DNA from: Escherichia coli
Lineage (GTDB): Bacteria > Pseudomonadota > Gammaproteobacteria > Enterobacterales > Enterobacteriaceae
NCBI RefSeq assembly: GCF_041005995.1
Contig: NZ_CP163122.1
DNA length: 32,000 nucleotides
Direction: 5' to 3' (one strand)
Shown: positions 28,578 to 32,000 of the stretch, piece by piece
Layout of the letters: every line of letters starts with the position of its first letter
Position numbering within the stretch: the first letter of the stretch is position 1
The notes under the pieces: model-generated
What the model saw: the letters and a program-made list of their open reading frames with translations, nothing else
What the model was told of the DNA's origin: nothing
Databases searched by the model: none
Position numbers and translations under genes: made by a program

Positions 28578-30413
28578 TTACCTGCCAAAGCGCGTATAGC
28601 CAACATCATGGCTGACATCAAAACCGCTGGATCGCGTTTCCATAACCCGCATACCCGGAGGCGAATTCACAAAAGAGACCTTGATCTCACCATCAACTTT
28701 TGGCGCAGAAGCTTTGTTAATCATGAAGGGATTCGGGCCTGTGGCACCGGAGGCGTTGTTTGACTGAGCCAGATCCACCACCGGATAAGGTATGTATCCC
28801 CGCGCCGATATTCCCGTCCCATAAGCATCATAAGCACCCGCGCCCCACTGCGCAGAGTTAATGGCATCGACCGTGTCACCGGAACTGTCGGTAAACCACT
28901 CAATAATTGGCTTCAGCTTGTCCCACATATCCTGAAACCACTTAACAACCGGCCCCCAGTTATTGATCACCATCCCCAGCGGCGACCAGGCAAAAACTTT
29001 CTTAAGGAGTTCCCAGCCAGCCTCAAAATAAGGACCAATGGTTTCCCAGAGTTTCTTAAAATAAGGTCCAACAACATCCCAGTTAGTGATAATTAATCCC
29101 GCAGCCAGGGCTATCGCCGTCGCAATCATGCCAATCGGCGTCATCGACATGATCCTGCTGACAATACTGATGGCACTGCCCACGCCCATCAATCCCAGTT
29201 TCAGAATCGCAAGACCGGCAGCAAGCCCGACGACGCCGCGAATAACCCGGGGATTTTCATCCGCAAACTTCGTGAATTTCTCCCCCAACTCCCCCAGCCA
29301 TTGCGTGATATTTTTGGCGTCACCAGAAAATGCGCCGCCAATAGCCGCAAGGCCGTTAGTTGCGGTCCCCGTCATTGCCTCCCACAGGTTGGACAGCGTA
29401 CCAAGCTGGGCCTGAACACGTTTATTCAGGCTGGCCTGTTTATTCATCTTCTGCTGGATCTGATCGTAGCCATCCTTTCCTTTATCGATTAGTGCATTGA
29501 CCACCTGAAGGGTTTCGGCATCATCACCAAATATTGCCTTAAGTACACCTGTTCGCTTAACGTCGGTCAGTTTTCGCAGCTTTGCCAGTTGCCTGAACAT
29601 GTTATCAAGACCGCCAAAACTTCCTTTGCCGTCAGTAAAATCGAGCTGTACCCCGAGTCTCTGGCGGGCCATGACTTTATTGACGTCCCTGATTTTCTTA
29701 ACGCTTAATCCGGACTGGATAACTTTTCGCAGGGCATTACCTGCCGACTCCCCGTTCATCCCCATCTGATCCATCATGACGCTGATGGGGGCAAGGCTCT
29801 GTGCAGCCTGAAGACCGTCCTTGTTCACCATCTTCAGAACAGAACTGGTTTTAGTGAAGAAGGACAACATGTTGGTATCGTCAACGCCCAGATAAAACGC
29901 CTTCTGGATAGTGTCGAACAGCCCCATCATGTCTTCTGACGCCGTTCCGGTAGCATCCTGCATCTTTGCAGCAAACTCAGCAGCCGCTTCCGGTGTTTTT
30001 TTCAGTTGTACCGCAAGATAAGCTGTCGCTTTACCCACACCACCCAGAATGTTTTCTGCCGGGATCCCCTGACGCACCAGCATCTGCATCATGTTCTGGA
30101 AATCAGCCGTTGTACCGGGTAGCTGGTTACCCAGGCCAATAGCCAGTTTATTGATGTCCTGAAAGCTCTTTCCAACCTCGCCGTTCGCATCCATCATGGC
30201 GACTTTCAGCCCGGTGGCGGCGTTTTCCTGATCGGCATAAGATTTCAGGGAAAGCGTCAGACCCGCTGCCAGTCCGCCACCAAGCGCCAGCCCACCCTGT
30301 GACGCTTCTTCCGCCTGGCGTTTAAATCCCCGGATTTTCTTTTGCATTTTCGACAGCGCGGGAGAAAGCCTGTCGACACCGGTGATCAACGCCTTAAGCT
30401 CAAATTCAGCCAT
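28578..30413 (-). CDS. Phage tail tape measure protein
   Basis: 611 aa, SLKSYADQENAATGLKVAMMDANGEVGKSFQDINKLAIGLGNQLPGTTADFQNMMQML. Confidence 0.95.
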   Translation of the reverse strand: MAEFELKALITGVDRLSPALSKMQKKIRGFKRQAEEASQGGLALGGGLAAGLTLSLKSYADQENAATGLKVAMMDANGEVGKSFQDINKLAIGLGNQLPGTTADFQNMMQMLVRQGIPAENILGGVGKATAYLAVQLKKTPEAAAEFAAKMQDATGTASEDMMGLFDTIQKAFYLGVDDTNMLSFFTKTSSVLKMVNKDGLQAAQSLAPISVMMDQMGMNGESAGNALRKVIQSGLSVKKIRDVNKVMARQRLGVQLDFTDGKGSFGGLDNMFRQLAKLRKLTDVKRTGVLKAIFGDDAETLQVVNALIDKGKDGYDQIQQKMNKQASLNKRVQAQLGTLSNLWEAMTGTATNGLAAIGGAFSGDAKNITQWLGELGEKFTKFADENPRVIRGVVGLAAGLAILKLGLMGVGSAISIVSRIMSMTPIGMIATAIALAAGLIITNWDVVGPYFKKLWETIGPYFEAGWELLKKVFAWSPLGMVINNWGPVVKWFQDMWDKLKPIIEWFTDSSGDTVDAINSAQWGAGAYDAYGTGISARGYIPYPVVDLAQSNNASGATGPNPFMINKASAPKVDGEIKVSFVNSPPGMRVMETRSSGFDVSHDVGYTRFGR

Positions 30414-30824
30414 GTGTGCGTTTCTCCTGCTCTATCCTGTTTGCCTGACTGACCAGTAAGGGAATTTCACTGATCGGCATATTCAGCAATTCGAAAGGAT
30501 TAATGCGCCAGTAACTGGCGCAGTCAAAGAAGCGATCAGTGAGGTATTCAGCCGTCAGGCCTGGAGGAAAAAACCGGCCACAAGCCACGCCGCTGCATTC
30601 AGGTCTGCCGGAGACATCTGGTCGACAGAGCTTTGCGGCACTTTCGCCAGCCGCACGATGTATTTCGATACCACATGCGCCAGAAGTCTGACGGACTCAT
30701 CCTGATTCATCTGGTAGGGATACCCCAGCTCGCGGACATCTTTCCCGGTGGGCTCATCAAACTCCAGTACGGAGAGTGTCTCGCCATGAGCGGTAATCGG
30801 TTTCTTTAACTCAAGCTCTTTCAT
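30406..30824 (-). CDS. Tail assembly chaperone pair (P2 E/E'-like) expressed by putative -1 frameshift
   Basis: Short product 30555-30824. The overlapping -1 frame ORF continues to 30406, with slippery heptamer T TTT TTC at 30573-30567 on the minus strand. Confidence 0.75.
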
Positions 30825-31180
30825 TACTGGTAATCCCCTTCTTCACCGTGGAACTCAAGATCGACCGTGCCTTCTTCGGCATTATGGTTCGCTTCGCCGT
30901 GCAGCCAGGCAGACGACAGTACATAGACCTGACCGTTCGCCAGCTCGGCAGTGATGGTCATCTCATCAGACGAGGTGATTTTGCTCACCGGAAAATTCTT
31001 CGGCACCTTGAAGGTCCCTTTGACATAGGGCGCACGGTGAGTTTCCTTGCGGTCCACTGAACCGTCCAGGCCGATGATGTCATCATTGACCGTCCTGTTC
31101 ATGGGCACCTCAATGCCGCCGGTCAGCGATAGCTGCTGACCGTCAATTTTGAAATAACAGGTTCCCCCGATACGTGCCAT
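30824..31180 (-). CDS. Phage tail tube protein
   Basis: 118 aa, GTCYFKIDGQQLSLTGGIEVPMNRTVNDDIIGLDGSVDRKETHRAPYVKGTFKVP. Confidence 0.9.
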   Translation of the reverse strand: MARIGGTCYFKIDGQQLSLTGGIEVPMNRTVNDDIIGLDGSVDRKETHRAPYVKGTFKVPKNFPVSKITSSDEMTITAELANGQVYVLSSAWLHGEANHNAEEGTVDLEFHGEEGDYQ

Positions 31181-32000
31181 TATGCAGACTCCTCTGAATA
31201 CTGAAGACGGAACTGGTTAACCACGGCAAAGACACGCAACTGGTTAACATAGTCAGGCGGGAACAGCGTGTTCAGGCGGTTCGGATCGCTGGCATCACGC
31301 TCCACAACCAGGTACTGCTTAAACAGTTCGTAGTTTTCCACGATCCCCGCACGCTCAAGCTGACGGTAGGTTGCCAGCAGTTCCCCTTTGATCACCGCCG
31401 GGGTGACAATCGCCTGACCGGGACCAAAGCGGGTACCGTCACTGGCAAGCTTGTGACGCCCGTACTTACTGGTAATGACGGATTTCAGTTTGCGCAGTAC
31501 ATACGCGCTGGTATGCAGTGTCTCACTGTCGAGGTAGCTGTTATCCGCAACCCCGTAAGCGTTTTTCCTGTACGTGGTGACATCACGCTGAATGCGCAGC
31601 ACCCCGCTTTCGACATACGCCGTTGCCACGCCATGAGACAGCAGGGTCTGTTGTTCGGTCATCGTGAACCGTTTCCCCTTCGGCGCAGGCAGCATACCCA
31701 CCAGCTCACCGGTCTGCGTGGGACGTGCCGGATCGTTGCGAATAAACACCGCTGCGCGGGCAGTACGGCTTGCCGCCAGCTCGTCAGCAGGCGTCTGGGT
31801 CTCTTTTTCGTACCCCGCCAGGGTAATGTGCTGCTGGTTAAACTGGTCACCTGCGGTCACCAGTTCTGACAGCGTGCCGATCTTTGCCGTATACACATGA
31901 CCATACAGCTGACGCGCATAGCTCCAGCGACCGCTGGTATCGTTCATCTCGGTCACCAGCGTGTTAACGGAGGCCGTGTCGTTGAACGGCAGGCCGATAT
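31180..32000 (-). CDS. Phage tail sheath protein, 5' end outside window
   Basis: The frame remains open to the window edge (...IGLPFNDTASVNTLVTEMNDTSGRWSYARQLYGHVYTAKIGTLSEL...). Confidence 0.9.
   Translation of the reverse strand, partial: IGLPFNDTASVNTLVTEMNDTSGRWSYARQLYGHVYTAKIGTLSELVTAGDQFNQQHITLAGYEKETQTPADELAASRTARAAVFIRNDPARPTQTGELVGMLPAPKGKRFTMTEQQTLLSHGVATAYVESGVLRIQRDVTTYRKNAYGVADNSYLDSETLHTSAYVLRKLKSVITSKYGRHKLASDGTRFGPGQAIVTPAVIKGELLATYRQLERAGIVENYELFKQYLVVERDASDPNRLNTLFPPDYVNQLRVFAVVNQFRLQYSEESA

Overview
The window is a mosaic accessory region of an enterobacterial (E. coli/Shigella-like) chromosome. It appears to be a tandem array of elements at the tRNA-Thr gene thrW. From left to right: (1) the 3' part of an arginine/ornithine-type APA antiporter. 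(2) Two same-orientation IS1 copies (1444-2203, degenerate, 760 bp; 4499-5266, 768 bp) flanking an IS1-truncated two-gene operon: the C-terminal part of an AAA/ORC-Cdc6-like protein with zinc ribbon and HhH, plus a HEPN-like protein with an RHCCVH motif. (3) A P22-type integrase truncated by IS1, ending next to a 17-bp degenerate copy of the thrW 3' end. (4) A ~9.6 kb integrative mobilizable element (about 5902-15542) with a large DUF4365-type protein, a MOB operon (relaxase with a nested MbeB-like gene, MobC-like protein, small unannotated ORF), a palindrome-rich candidate oriT, a segment strikingly similar to the filamentous phage f1/M13 intergenic origin, AlpA regulator and P4-type integrase, bounded by a 46-bp thrW 3' fragment. 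Paired GATACCCCCA repeats lie near both ends. (5) The end of a second prophage with a Mu/SfV-like contractile tail on the minus strand. Its moron region between the attachment site and the tail fibers carries a tightly coupled three-gene cassette (ParA-like ATPase, unknown protein, HEPN-like protein), a umuC-like pseudogene and a DUF262/DUF1524 GmrSD-like endonuclease. The tail-fiber locus contains a Gin/Pin-type invertible segment (crossover sites 21290-21315 and 23214-23239) whose adjacent invertase gene is truncated. The best candidates for an undescribed system are the ParA-unknown-HEPN cassette, the f1-origin-like sequence inside the mobilizable element, and the IS1-interrupted ATPase/HEPN operon.
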